The notes: a model not told the origin generated them from the letters alone. 64,000 nt of DNA from an uncultured cyanobacterium (GCA_963744145.1 CAVUSO010000001.1:7424001-7488000); one strand, 5' to 3'. Counted from the stretch's first letter, positions 41,679 to 52,421 are shown. Numbers and translations are program-made.

Positions 41679-42773
41679 TTAGATAAGACCATTTACTGGG
41701 GCAACACCAACAAATTCACGCAGTGTCTTATGACACAAATCTACGGTTGTCTTTGTATTGGAAATAATCGGTTCTCCTTTAGCACCAACTTGTGTTACTC
41801 CTCTTTCTCGCCATCAAGCATTCTCGCGCTGCCACTCTATCTTTCGGAGCCGATATAACCATTGAACAATATCTTCTTCAGGAATAGCTTCTAGATAGAA
41901 TTCATGAGCCAGCATTCCTAATGCTTGGAATACAATAGCTGTTACTGCAAGTGAATTCTGTCTTTGCTTAGTGCGTTCCTCTTTACTTTTAATGCTCCAC
42001 GGGTCGTTAGGTAGAACACTCGCGGTTGCTGCCCAGAATGTGGTTGCCCAGCTAGTTAGTGGCTCCAAACCCTCTTTAGATTTTAAATAAGGGAACATAT
42101 GTCGGGTAGCTGTAACTAGGGTAGAAAATGTCAGCAATTTGGAATTATGTTTACCTAAGCCGTTTTCAACCATCTCTACATTGTTACGGAACTGAGGGAC
42201 TCGCTTAATCAAGTCTTTGGCAATTAAAACCACAGGCGATCGCTGATCGAAAGCGTGAGAGAGCGACACGCTTGGTCTTTGAACTAGAAGGTTTTGATCG
42301 CGGAAAGCTTGACGTTCCTCCTCCAATGACAGTCCAGCATATAAAAGTACCCCAATTTCAAGTTGAGAAAGGATTGGTAGATATTCCCACTGTTCAACTT
42401 GGATGTCTTTTAGTGCTTGACGGATACCAAAACATCTATGCTGACCGTCTGTCAAACCCAGAGTAACCGAGTGGTAAGGAAGAAAGATGCTGCCATTGCT
42501 ATAAGTCGGTGATAGTTGAACATTTACACAAATCGGTGGGAAAAACGTAGTACCAACTTGGTAAGTCTCCAGAATATACCGGGCGATCGCTTTAACTCTC
42601 GTAGCGTTGGGTTTGCGTTGAGCAAAATCTGGCAAATCTGACTCATTGGGAACATAAAGGCGATCGTCATTTAGCAGTCGGGCGACATCGCCAAAAAACA
42701 GAGAGCCAACATAACTTTGATGTTCACTCTGTGGTCCCCGACAAACAGGTACAGCTCGAATTACAAGTTCCAT
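41679..42773 (-). pseudogene. DGQHR/DndB-family (DpdB-like) protein with in-frame TGA at 41814-41816
   Basis: AQR, FFPPI, DGQHR, QAFRDQN motifs; the frame continues for 44 codons after the TGA (WRERGVTQ...NGLI*). Confidence 0.75.
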
Positions 42774-42867
42774 TATTAATTTATTTGTTAGAGGAGCAAA
42801 TCTCGTAGCTTAAGCATGTAGTCATGTATACATGGTAGCAAGGATTCTGTCAAGCTGACTAGAATGC

Positions 42868-43152
42868 TTGAGTACCCTTTCAGGCAATCTAACCTTGTCT
42901 TCAACAGTCCGTGTCCCGGATGAACTCTACACAGCACTGCGCCAAATCAGGCTTTCACTTGAAAGCGAACACCAAAGTGCTGCACCTACTGTGCAGGACA
43001 TGATTAGTGTCGCCCTAAAACGATTTATCACTGATTGGGAGAACAATGACAAGCAAAATCAGCTTTTAGATGAGTTACTAGAACATCGCAGAGTTGCCCG
43101 TTCAAATATGGGTAAGAGATATACTAATGTTGGGGAAGAGAGGGCAAAATGA
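42868..43152 (+). CDS. Small ribbon-helix-helix-like protein
   Basis: STVRVPDELY...TVQDMISVALKRF; overlaps the helicase start. Confidence 0.55.
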   Translation: MSTLSGNLTLSSTVRVPDELYTALRQIRLSLESEHQSAAPTVQDMISVALKRFITDWENNDKQNQLLDELLEHRRVARSNMGKRYTNVGEERAK

Positions 43153-43938
43153 TTGATATGACCACCTTCTATGAGTGTCTTGCCCAGCCGACTGCTCGTG
43201 GCTATGATCTTGATGATAAGCAGAAACAAGCTGTCGAGTATGAGGGCAGCCCATTGTGGCTTATTGCAGGACCAGGCTCAGGTAAAAGCGAAGTACTGGT
43301 TACACGTACCCTAAAACTGCTTTGTGTAGATGGTCTAAAACCACGCTCTATTCTATTAACTACTTTTACAACTAAAGCAGCACGTAAACTTGAAGATCGT
43401 CTAGCCAAGTAGCATTACAAAATAACGATCCTAGTCTTAAAGATATCGATCTAGCTGATATCAGAATAGGAACACTATACAGCCTGTGCAATGACATTCT
43501 GCAAGAATACCGCTACCCAGACTACCAAAATTTTCGTCTTCTTGATCGGGTAGAACAGGATTTGTTCACCTACCATTACGCCAAAATTTCAAATCATCAA
43601 GATTTAGCTTTCTGGAAACAGTTTGAGTATACTGTGGATGATTGGCGTAACCCAAAAAATTACTCTCCTAATAAATGGAAGCGCACTAAGGTGATACCTG
43701 TCCACCTAAACGTCCAGTTAGTGCAGTGATTGAGGTCAGCCTTGCTTCTAACAAAATTAGTGATGCTGTGAATGAATTTGCTGAAACAGTAAAGCAGATT
43801 GAACAATCACGCAGCACCGACCGATGGAATGCAGCTAACCCAAGCTCTATTAGCGAAAAAGATTGTAATATTTGTGATCTTCGTTGGGACTGCCTGACTC
43901 CAAATGGTGGAAAGGGTGTCCAGTTAAGATATCCATGA
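43149..43938 (+). pseudogene. UvrD/Rep helicase-nuclease remnant
   Basis: AGPGSGKS, TFTTKAA, frameshift, IGTLYSLC, then a deletion junction to a CNICDLRWDC C-terminus. Confidence 0.8.
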
Positions 43939-44012
43939 TGGGTAAAAAAAGAATTAAAGAAAGCTAAAGGATAATAACTGTATGACATTATCACACGATT
44001 GGATAACTTGCA

Positions 44013-44189
44013 ATGAAAGAGTTACCGGACGAACAAACACTAGCGGAACTGGTTGAGTTAGCCAAAGGCTTTGAAAACCAATGCCGAAAACTGTATGAGA
44101 TGTCAGAATCCTTTGTTCAAAAGTATGAAAAACGCATAGATGAAGCAAAACTCTCACAGATGCCGATTCAAGTCAAGGATTACAAGTAA
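44013..44189 (+). CDS. Small hypothetical protein (58 aa)
   Basis: Manual translation MKELPDEQTLAELVELAKGFENQCRKLYEMS...; below the ORF-track cutoff. Confidence 0.35.
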   Translation: MKELPDEQTLAELVELAKGFENQCRKLYEMSESFVQKYEKRIDEAKLSQMPIQVKDYK

Positions 44190-44251
44190 GATCAGCATCT
44201 GCTTAAGTTAGAATAGGAAATTAGGAACATATTAGAGGAGGTATTATAGAT

Positions 44252-44668
44252 TTGGCAGCAAAAGATATTTATCATAATGTTGTAAAAATAGCCCTAGAAA
44301 AAGATGGCTGGATAATTACAGACGATCCATTAAGGTTAACAATTGGTAGCCGTTCGGTTTATGTGGATTTAGGGGCAGAAAAGTTATTTGCTGCGGAGAA
44401 AGAAGGACGCAAAATTGCAGTAGAGGTTAAGAGTTTTATTAATCCATCTCCTGTTAATGATTTAGAAAATGCTTTGGGTCAATACATTTTATATTCAAAG
44501 ATTTTGGAAGAACAACAACCAGAACGAGTCATTTATTTAGCGATTCCTACAAACGTATTTCAAGAGATATTCAGTGAACCTATTGGAGAAATATTGTTAC
44601 GAAAAACCGATTTACTTTTATTAGTTTTCGATCCAAGAAAGGAGATAATTGTGCAATGGACGAGTTAG
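44252..44668 (+). CDS. xisH: XisH family protein
   Basis: AKDIYHNVVKIALEKDGWIITDDP...IAVEVKSF...ALGQY. Confidence 0.92.
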   Translation: MAAKDIYHNVVKIALEKDGWIITDDPLRLTIGSRSVYVDLGAEKLFAAEKEGRKIAVEVKSFINPSPVNDLENALGQYILYSKILEEQQPERVIYLAIPTNVFQEIFSEPIGEILLRKTDLLLLVFDPRKEIIVQWTS

Positions 44669-44988
44669 AAAATTATCGAAAAATTATTTCTGATGTTTTG
44701 CAATATCATACTAGGATTCCCTATGCCTATGGTGAGATTGATTGCTTGTTAATTATCAGTGAGGATAGAAATCATTTTTTGTTGATGAATAATGGCTGGA
44801 ATTATTTACAAAGAATTCATGGGTGTTTAGTTCACATTCAAATCATTGACGATTTGATTTGGATTTGGCGCGATGGGATTGAGGATGGGGTTACAGATGA
44901 TTTAGTAGCAAGAGGAATTCCTAAAAATAAGATTGTTTTAGGTTTTCAACCGCCAGAGGTAAGGCAATATACGGGGTATGCCTACTAA
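44656..44988 (+). CDS. xisI: XisI family protein
   Basis: GW...RIHGCLVHIQI...GIPKNKIVLGFQPP. Confidence 0.92.
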   Translation: MDELENYRKIISDVLQYHTRIPYAYGEIDCLLIISEDRNHFLLMNNGWNYLQRIHGCLVHIQIIDDLIWIWRDGIEDGVTDDLVARGIPKNKIVLGFQPPEVRQYTGYAY

Positions 44989-45015
44989 CCTTGACAAAAA
45001 ACCAATGGAGTTAAA

Positions 45016-45346
45016 CGAACTGGATTGGTATTTAATCAGCGATCGCTTGTAGATCAATGGGGTGTAGGGGCGAAGCATTCGGGCGACAATTTACCGCTTA
45101 AACCAGCAATATTAGATCCGAATGCTTCGCCCTTCTTCTGTGCTGAGCTCCCCAAAAAATCCTGAACTGAATGGATTGTAATATCTAGTTGATCTGTTGG
45201 TTGCATAGATGGCGGGGCAAAGCATTTCGGTAATATTATTCTTCGTTTCAGCAATCATTTATGCGCCGAAATGCTTTGCCCCTACGAGTAACTAAACTGG
45301 ATTGGTATTTAATCAGCGATCGCTTGCCGATCAATAGGGTGTAGGG
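45016..45346. repeat. Further complete unit of the ~275-bp REP-like repeat, overlapping the K+ channel gene 3' end
   Basis: GTAGGGGCGAAG at 45064, CCCCTAC near 45285, flanking spacers on both sides. Confidence 0.88.
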
Positions 45347-47027
45347 CATTGATAGGAGAAGTATTAACGCGCCAAAGTTGATCCAAACGAGTTGCCGGAA
45401 TGGTTAAATATAATACGTCCCCTATAGTTAAGCAAGTTTCTAAAACATCCCAACCATGTATAGTTTGTAACTTAGTTTCAACATATAAAGGTACAAAATC
45501 TGCATCCATCGCGGCATCTTTCACACGCTTACCACAAAAGGGATGTTCAGAAGTAATAAAAGTTCCTAAAGCAATCCAGAGACTCTCAGCCGTCAGCCCA
45601 TTACCTAAAATTCTGCCTCCTAAAGCAGCAGCGGCAAAGGCTGGTGCAGCTAATTCAGTTGGACTTAATACTGCTTCAAATTGAAAAACTTTTTTGATTG
45701 TAAAAGCAAATTCTGAGTCTTGCACGCGGACAATAACTGGTAATTTAGATACCAAACCTTTAGTGCTTAAAGCAATTTCTAAATTCGCTATATCGTTACT
45801 GGTAACTGCTAGCAAAGCTTCTGCTTGATTAATATTTGCTGCTGCTAAAGTAGCAGATAAACTAGCATCTCCTTGAATGATGGGAATACCTAAAGCACGC
45901 ACAGTATTGAGAAATCGATTATTGGGATCTGATTCAATTACTACTACTTCATGTCCATGAGAATGCAATTGATTGACTATCTGCACTCCTACCCCACCAA
46001 GCCCACAAATGATAAAATGGTTGCGCTGGGGAACTCTGGCAGCATCCCAAAATTGTTTTAAGCGAGTTCCTAAGACAAAATCGTTAAGTAGTGCGTAGAA
46101 AATACCAATGATTGCTGCACCAAGCAGCATCATTAAAACGGTAAAAATTTTAATGCTATTTGGAGCATTTTCTGCTACTTTGTCATTCCCACCTGCGCCA
46201 GTAATCATCCCAACAGAAAAATAAATTGCATCCGCAATAGATGTATCAAAATCGAAAAAGATATAAGTAAAACTGGCAATTAAAATAGTTAGCACTAGCG
46301 CGATAGTAACAAGAGCTAATGGTTGGAGGTGTTCCTGTAACCATTGCAGATTAGTTAATATTTTCCACACTTTATTAAGGTAAGATTGGCGCTGATTACG
46401 GACACTAGGTTGTGTGCCAACAATTAGGCGATCGCCTACTGCTAATTGTTGTCCATAAATAACAGCAGAAACTAGATCTATTTGTTCTTGGATTGGTAAA
46501 TAATAAATCAACATTCGCGATCGCTCATCCCACAAATCACTTAATTTGCGACCTTTCCAAGGATGCTGTTCGTGAATATATTCTTCATGGATAGGCCAAG
46601 TTTGGTTAAATAATCTTAATTGTCCGATCGCTCTATTCCCCAACGCCGTAAAAGCAAATACGGGTGCAGCTAGCGCCGCTTCACTCATGGTAAAATGTTC
46701 AGGTAGAATTTTATCTAAACGATCACCTAAGCTAGTATTAAACAGTCTATTGATAATCCGAATCTGAGGATTGAGAACTCGTGCTTGGGTCAGGATGGCT
46801 AAATTGAGTGTTTCATTATTCCCAGCAATTACCAATGTATGTGCTTCGTTAATTCCAGCGGAGATCAGTGTGGAAGCTGCTTTTAAATCCCCAATTACAA
46901 TATTATGCTCGGGATCGGGAATATACTGATCGTTAATCCCGGTTACAAATGCTCCTTGCTGTTTTAGTAAGCTAAATATTTTATAGCCAGTCGAACCTAA
47001 GCCACAAACGATGATTCGAGGTTTCAT
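45309..47027 (-). CDS. K+ channel family protein with two TrkA-N (RCK) domains
   Basis: Two ICGLG NAD-binding motifs flanking a two-helix pore region. Confidence 0.85.
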   Translation of the reverse strand: MKPRIIVCGLGSTGYKIFSLLKQQGAFVTGINDQYIPDPEHNIVIGDLKAASTLISAGINEAHTLVIAGNNETLNLAILTQARVLNPQIRIINRLFNTSLGDRLDKILPEHFTMSEAALAAPVFAFTALGNRAIGQLRLFNQTWPIHEEYIHEQHPWKGRKLSDLWDERSRMLIYYLPIQEQIDLVSAVIYGQQLAVGDRLIVGTQPSVRNQRQSYLNKVWKILTNLQWLQEHLQPLALVTIALVLTILIASFTYIFFDFDTSIADAIYFSVGMITGAGGNDKVAENAPNSIKIFTVLMMLLGAAIIGIFYALLNDFVLGTRLKQFWDAARVPQRNHFIICGLGGVGVQIVNQLHSHGHEVVVIESDPNNRFLNTVRALGIPIIQGDASLSATLAAANINQAEALLAVTSNDIANLEIALSTKGLVSKLPVIVRVQDSEFAFTIKKVFQFEAVLSPTELAAPAFAAAALGGRILGNGLTAESLWIALGTFITSEHPFCGKRVKDAAMDADFVPLYVETKLQTIHGWDVLETCLTIGDVLYLTIPATRLDQLWRVNTSPINALHPIDRQAIAD

Positions 47028-47246
47028 CTAGCCCCCCAGAAGACCTACGCCGTGAACTAAACCGTTGCGAAACAATGATTGAGAATCCCCATTAGTTTAT
47101 TTAAACCTTTATTCTGGATCGCGATCGCTTTTCAATCTGTAACTTACAACACCTTGACAAATCAAACGGGACTTACTAGAAAAAATCGGTAGTGCCTGCA
47201 AGATAGTGCAGGTACAAAAAATCAATAGTTTCGGAGTCTTCAACAA

Positions 47247-47410
47247 CCCTTCGACTACCCTTCGACTACCCTTCGACTACCCTTCGACTACCCTTCGACT
47301 ACCCTTCGACTACCCTTCGACTACCCTTCGACTACCCTTCGACTACGCTCAGGGCAAGCGCTCAGGGCAAGCGCTCAGGGCAAGCGCTCAGGGCAAGCGC
47401 TCAGGGCAAG
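47247..47410 (+). repeat. Compound tandem repeat (CCCTTCGACTA)9(CGCTCAGGGCAAG)5
   Basis: Counted directly: 99 nt plus 65 nt. Confidence 0.93.
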
Positions 47411-47687
47411 CCAAACCAGGTTAGCCAGATCAACGATTTGACCCAGGGGCGTATTGCAATGAGCGCCCGTACAGCTCTAATGGCCCGGGAAATATCTCGA
47501 GCTATAATCAGATAGGCTAGATGGCCTTTTTGTAATCTTTGAATTTTTTTTCAAAAAAAATTTATCTTGGCAACGGTTGATCACAGACTGTCAGACTACC
47601 GATCAACTTTAAAGACTCAGATAACTTGTGATTAAATACACTTGCATCTTAATTTCAAATCTTTCCGGCAACTTAAAATCAACACCC

Positions 47688-48572
47688 ATGAATAGTTTCA
47701 TTTTGCCTTTAGCTTTTCAATTTACTTCCCCAGGACCGATTATATTTCAACTGGGACCACTGACTATCCGTTGGTACGGTCTTTTAATTGCCTCAGCAGT
47801 TCTGATCGGAGTTACTCTGTCTCAATCTCTAGCTAAACGTCGCAATATTAACCCTGACCTGATCAGTGACCTGGCGTTTTGGTTAGTGCTGGGTGCAATT
47901 CCTTGCGCTCGCTTATATTATGTTGCGTTTGAATGGCGACAATATGTTTCCAACCCAATGGATATCTTTGCGATCTGGAAAGGTGGGATTGCGATTCATG
48001 GGGCAATTATTGGGGCTTTAGTAGCGATGTTAATTTTTGCCCGTATCCAAAAAATTTCTTTCTGGCAATTAGCTGATTTAGTTGCTCCTGCGGCAATTTT
48101 AGGTCAAGCGATCGGTCGTTGGGGCAATTTTTTCAATTCGGAAGCTTTTGGTCGTCCGACTGATTTGCCATGGAAACTTTATATTCCGATGGAAAATCGT
48201 CCTTTTGATTACCAGTCCTTTGAATATTTTCATCCTACTTTTTTGTACGAATCGCTCTGGAATTTGATGGTTTTTGCTTTAATTCTGACTTTATTTTTTC
48301 GGAGTCTTAAGGGAAAACCACACCTAAAATTAGGCACTATATTTATTGTCTACTTTGTCACCTATAGTTTAGGTAGATTTTGGATTGAAGGATTGCGAAC
48401 TGATAGTTTGATGCTCGGGGCGCTTCGGATTGCTCAAGTGGTTAGTTTGTCGGGGGTTGTTTTCGGTTTATTGGCTTTAGTTTGGCTTTACATTTTTAAT
48501 CGTTCTCTGCCTGATATTGTGGCCGATGACTCTCCTCAAAATGAAGATGTCAAATTTCCCAATGGTGAATAA
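47688..48572 (+). CDS. lgt: Prolipoprotein diacylglyceryl transferase
   Basis: [37 protein letters not shown]. Confidence 0.95.
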   Translation: MNSFILPLAFQFTSPGPIIFQLGPLTIRWYGLLIASAVLIGVTLSQSLAKRRNINPDLISDLAFWLVLGAIPCARLYYVAFEWRQYVSNPMDIFAIWKGGIAIHGAIIGALVAMLIFARIQKISFWQLADLVAPAAILGQAIGRWGNFFNSEAFGRPTDLPWKLYIPMENRPFDYQSFEYFHPTFLYESLWNLMVFALILTLFFRSLKGKPHLKLGTIFIVYFVTYSLGRFWIEGLRTDSLMLGALRIAQVVSLSGVVFGLLALVWLYIFNRSLPDIVADDSPQNEDVKFPNGE

Positions 48573-48624
48573 TTGTTGGTGTTGATTGCTAAAACTTTAT
48601 TATTTTCTCACAAATTTCTCTGTT

Positions 48625-48658
48625 AAAAAAGAAGGGGCGGATTACTCTTGCGCCCCTT
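48625..48658 (-). terminator. Probable intrinsic terminator between convergent lgt and the Kir channel gene
   Basis: AAGGGGCG...CGCCCCTT hairpin next to an A-run. Confidence 0.5.
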
Positions 48659-48825
48659 AACCAGGGTACATCTACCAGTACTTTATTCTTGGTAAAATTT
48701 TTGAGATCCGGAAAATGGAATTAAATTTAGGGGCAGATTTCCATCCGCCCCTAGAAGTTTTAGAGTCATCTTAAAATACACCGATTAATTCGATTGGTGG
48801 AAGGCTTAACCGCACAACCAAAGAG

Positions 48826-49710
48826 CTATAGGGGGATAACATCATGAAAAACATGATAATTAACACAACGACGCCCATCTGGTAAGACGGATATAATATC
48901 AACAAATCGCATATTCGAGAGAATTTCTGATGCGATAAAAGAATGACGAGCATGAATTACTTGTGAAACTGTTTCATCGAGTCCAGTTAATGTTACTAAC
49001 AGTTCTACTTGTTCTTGGGCTAGTTCTTCAGTAGTGAATCCATAAAGAGGACTACTATCATCGATCGGGTGCATCACTGTCCAACTCAAAGCAAAAATCG
49101 GAGATTTACGACGAATCAAATTCAGGTCATAGAAACGACGCATAGATTGATTTTCAGCAGTAATTTCATCGCGAGCTAAAGTTACTGCTATTTCAGCTTC
49201 TAAAATTTGATTATATCGTTGATTAGCAACACGAAAGATCAGGGTTGGTATTCCATTATAAGGAGCAATAACAGCGATTCGACTGAATAAAACTTTAGCA
49301 GTAGGACGGGCAAACCGAGAAAAAGCTAAACCTGTAATCATTGCTACCCCTAACAAACCAACTAAAGCTTCAATCGCAACTATCCCATTAGCATATAAGG
49401 TATTGGGTGACATTGTGCCATAACCAATAGTAGCCATGGTTTGGACACTGAAAAAAAAGACATCTTTAAAAGCACCAGGTTCAGCATTCTGGATACAATC
49501 TCCTCCTGCTAAATAAGCGATCGCAAATAAAGTATTAGTCAGGATAAATAATAAAGTAATTAGACCAAAAAATTTTGGCCAAGAAAGAGTTATCAATAAA
49601 TGATAAAGATCGTCCCAATCCCATCGAGAGACACCAATCCGAATTATATTGATGTGTCGATCAGGGGAAACTAAACGAACTTGGGCATGATGGGAGCGGG
49701 ATTTATTCAT
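48826..49710 (-). CDS. Inward-rectifier K+ channel (KirBac)
   Basis: FFFSVQTMATIGYG filter; WTVMHPIDDSSPL. Confidence 0.92.
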   Translation of the reverse strand: MNKSRSHHAQVRLVSPDRHINIIRIGVSRWDWDDLYHLLITLSWPKFFGLITLLFILTNTLFAIAYLAGGDCIQNAEPGAFKDVFFFSVQTMATIGYGTMSPNTLYANGIVAIEALVGLLGVAMITGLAFSRFARPTAKVLFSRIAVIAPYNGIPTLIFRVANQRYNQILEAEIAVTLARDEITAENQSMRRFYDLNLIRRKSPIFALSWTVMHPIDDSSPLYGFTTEELAQEQVELLVTLTGLDETVSQVIHARHSFIASEILSNMRFVDIISVLPDGRRCVNYHVFHDVIPL

Positions 49711-49982
49711 AAAACTCCTGAATTAGTAGTAGGATTGTAATCTTAATACTAAAAGTTGATCTGAGTAGCAACCAAGAAAAGATTTAGATAAAACCCCCAT
49801 TTCGTAATTCAAGATGTAGTATAAAAGTTACATAAAAGCCAAGAGCATTAATGAGTATAATGATATGTTAATTTTAGTCTAAGATTGGGGTAAAGGCGAT
49901 CGCTGGAAAAACGCCATGGGAATTTGGATCAATTTTAGACTAAAATCGGGAAATTTTCATCAGCATAAAGACGCGCCATGTT

Positions 49983-50309
49983 TTAATTTTCCTCGTTTCT
50001 ATGAATAGCTTCTTCTATTTCCTCTGGGTGAGCGTCTGCATAAGTCCAAGCATTAACTAAATCTTCTGCTTTCAAGTGGGAAAAATCTTGTAATATTCGA
50101 GCATCAGAAGCACCTAAACGGCGATAATTGATTAGCGACCAAATAGGAATACGGGTATTGGCAATTCTAGCATCACCACCACACACTCCAGGAGTTTTTT
50201 CAATTCCTTGCCAAGCATTGCTTAAACTTTGGACTAAAAGTTGGATTGCTTGTGCTTTTTCATTTGGACTTAATGCCAGTAATTGTAGTTCTAAATCTTT
50301 CAGTGTCAT
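49983..50309 (-). CDS. DUF433 domain protein
   Basis: TPGVCGGDARIANTRIPIW. Confidence 0.88.
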   Translation of the reverse strand: MTLKDLELQLLALSPNEKAQAIQLLVQSLSNAWQGIEKTPGVCGGDARIANTRIPIWSLINYRRLGASDARILQDFSHLKAEDLVNAWTYADAHPEEIEEAIHRNEEN

Positions 50310-50368
50310 AGTTACTATCAGTTTTGGATTTAGGATATATCTATGTTATAATAATTCCCAGGAAAAAT

Positions 50369-50944
50369 TCAACTTGAGAAAACAGGCAATTCTAAAACAA
50401 ATCCTGGTAAAACATCCTCTCCTGATAAACTAGCAGGAAGCGGGATAATTTCCACTGGAGAATTAGGACGATAAATTTCAACTTGTTGCTCTTGGGGATT
50501 AATTAGCCAACCTAAACGTAATCCGCTATTGAGATACTCTTGCATTTTTGCTCGTAATGGTCCGATCGCATCAGTTCGCGATCGCAATTCGATCACAAAA
50601 TCGGGGCAAATTGGTGGAAATGCTTCTTGTTTTTCTGGAGTTAAAGCATCCCATCGGTCTAATCTAATCCAAGCTACATCAGGGGAGCGATCTCCACCAT
50701 TTGGGAGACGAAAAATTGTTGACGAACTAAAAACAATACCAAGTTTTGTTTGCCGATTCCAGATATTCAAATCAGTAATTAAATCAGCTTCCCTATTCCC
50801 ACTTCTGCCTCCAACTGGTGACATAATAATCAGTTCTCCTTTAGCAGTACGTTCTAGTTTCCAATCTTGATTTTCTTGACAGAGATGATCAAATTGCTCC
50901 TCAGTCAAATCAACATTATGCAAGTTTAAAACTATCCCATTCAT
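50369..50944 (-). CDS. Uma2 family endonuclease-fold protein
   Basis: RSPDVAW, PDFVIELRS, RLGWLINP. Confidence 0.88.
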   Translation of the reverse strand: MNGIVLNLHNVDLTEEQFDHLCQENQDWKLERTAKGELIIMSPVGGRSGNREADLITDLNIWNRQTKLGIVFSSSTIFRLPNGGDRSPDVAWIRLDRWDALTPEKQEAFPPICPDFVIELRSRTDAIGPLRAKMQEYLNSGLRLGWLINPQEQQVEIYRPNSPVEIIPLPASLSGEDVLPGFVLELPVFSS

Positions 50945-51015
50945 TTTTACAACCTCTAGCAATTGGAAAAATATATGTTAATTTTAGTCTAAAATTGGGG
51001 TAAATACGATCGCGA

Positions 51016-51627
51016 TTAAATCTCACCTTGTAAAATTTGATTAACTGTCAAATTAATTTGGGCAAAGGTAGGAGAGATGAGGCGATCGCCATCAGTAAAT
51101 ACAGTTTCATCGTACCATCCCTCAGACAGAGTAAAAATAGTAAGTTTTACTTGGAGCGGATCGACAATCCAATATTCAGGGATATTTAAAACACAATATT
51201 CGGAACGTTTAGCACGGTAGTCGATACTTTTTGTTGATGCGCTGATAACTTCTACCACTAAAAGTGGTGCTGCTTCATTGACGTAAATAACAGCCTCGCG
51301 GTTTTGCAAATTTCGCCACTGTTCTTTAGGAATAATAACTAGATCAGGAATGCGAACTGTATCCCAGCGATCGCTGCGAGGAGATTGAATCCCAATCACC
51401 ATTTGTTTAGATACCCAATCCAGTCCTATTCTAGCAATTTCATGGCGAAATTTAGTATTAAGAAAATCGATAATTTCACCATGTTTTCCGGTTCCCAGTG
51501 CCATAGGTATTAATTTTCCATTAACTAATTCATAGAGGGTATTTGTGCCATCATCATAGTGAAGATATTCTTCTAAGGTAAAGCGTTGGGTTGTGGTACT
51601 CATCGGATTTAACTTACTATGGTTCAA
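51016..51627 (-). CDS. Uma2 family endonuclease-fold protein
   Basis: YELVNG, RIPD, LVVEVIS, IPEYWIVDP. Confidence 0.88.
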   Translation of the reverse strand: MNHSKLNPMSTTTQRFTLEEYLHYDDGTNTLYELVNGKLIPMALGTGKHGEIIDFLNTKFRHEIARIGLDWVSKQMVIGIQSPRSDRWDTVRIPDLVIIPKEQWRNLQNREAVIYVNEAAPLLVVEVISASTKSIDYRAKRSEYCVLNIPEYWIVDPLQVKLTIFTLSEGWYDETVFTDGDRLISPTFAQINLTVNQILQGEI

Positions 51628-51641
51628 TTTTATATTTAATT

Positions 51642-52211
51642 TTAAAAAATAGGTAATTCTAAAACAAATCCTGGTAAAACATCCTCTCCTGATAAACTAG
51701 CAGGAAGTTGGACAATTTCCACGGGAGAATTAGGACGATAAATTTCGACTTGTTGCTCTTGCGGATTAATTAGCCAACCTAAACGTAACCCGCTATTTAG
51801 ATATTCTGCCATTTTTGCTCGTAATGGTGCGATCGCATCAGTTCGCGATCGCAATTCGATCACAAAATCAGGACAAATTGGTGGAAATGTTTCTTGTTTT
51901 TCTGGACTTAAAGCATCCCATCGGTCTAATCTAATCCAAGCTACATCAGGGGAACGGTCTCCACCTTTAGGAAGAAAAAAAATTGTTGACGAACTAAAAA
52001 CAACACCGAGTTTTGCTTGCTGATTCCAGATCCATAATTTACTAATTAAATCAGCTTCTTTGTTACCACTTCTTCCCCCAACTGGTGACATAATAACGAG
52101 TTCTCCTTTAGCAGTACGCTCCAGTTTCCAATCTTGGTTTTCTTGACAGAGATGATAAAATTGTTCCTCAGTTAAATCAACATTATGCAAGTTTAAAACT
52201 ACAGCATTCAT
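51642..52211 (-). CDS. Uma2 family endonuclease-fold protein, recent paralog of 50369..50944
   Basis: Near-identical protein sequence. Confidence 0.88.
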   Translation of the reverse strand: MNAVVLNLHNVDLTEEQFYHLCQENQDWKLERTAKGELVIMSPVGGRSGNKEADLISKLWIWNQQAKLGVVFSSSTIFFLPKGGDRSPDVAWIRLDRWDALSPEKQETFPPICPDFVIELRSRTDAIAPLRAKMAEYLNSGLRLGWLINPQEQQVEIYRPNSPVEIVQLPASLSGEDVLPGFVLELPIF

Positions 52212-52421
52212 CTTTACAACCTCCTGGCAATTGGAAAAAAGCGATGGGAGTTTGGGTAAATTTTAGTCTAAAATTGGGATAAATGCGATGGTCAAGGTTT
52301 TTTGCCAGTAAAAAAAAGTCACGCATTTTGGTGACTTCCTTTACCGCGTTTCGGTAGATTAATAAAGTTCTGCACGGGTAATCTGAATTTTTAACTATTG
52401 AATTTTCCTAATCACTCCTGA

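Noticed and set aside
41814..41816. Programmed read-through or selenocysteine at the DGQHR gene's TGA
   Set aside because: Neighbouring genes are also broken, so a nonsense mutation or sequencing error is simpler.
44252..44988. Heterocyst excision element
   Set aside because: xisHI pairs are common stand-alone modules; no recombinase or interrupted nif/fdxN gene is present.
47206..47424. 72-aa ORF with PSTTLRLPFDY repeats
   Set aside because: It is simply the translation of the tandem DNA repeat.
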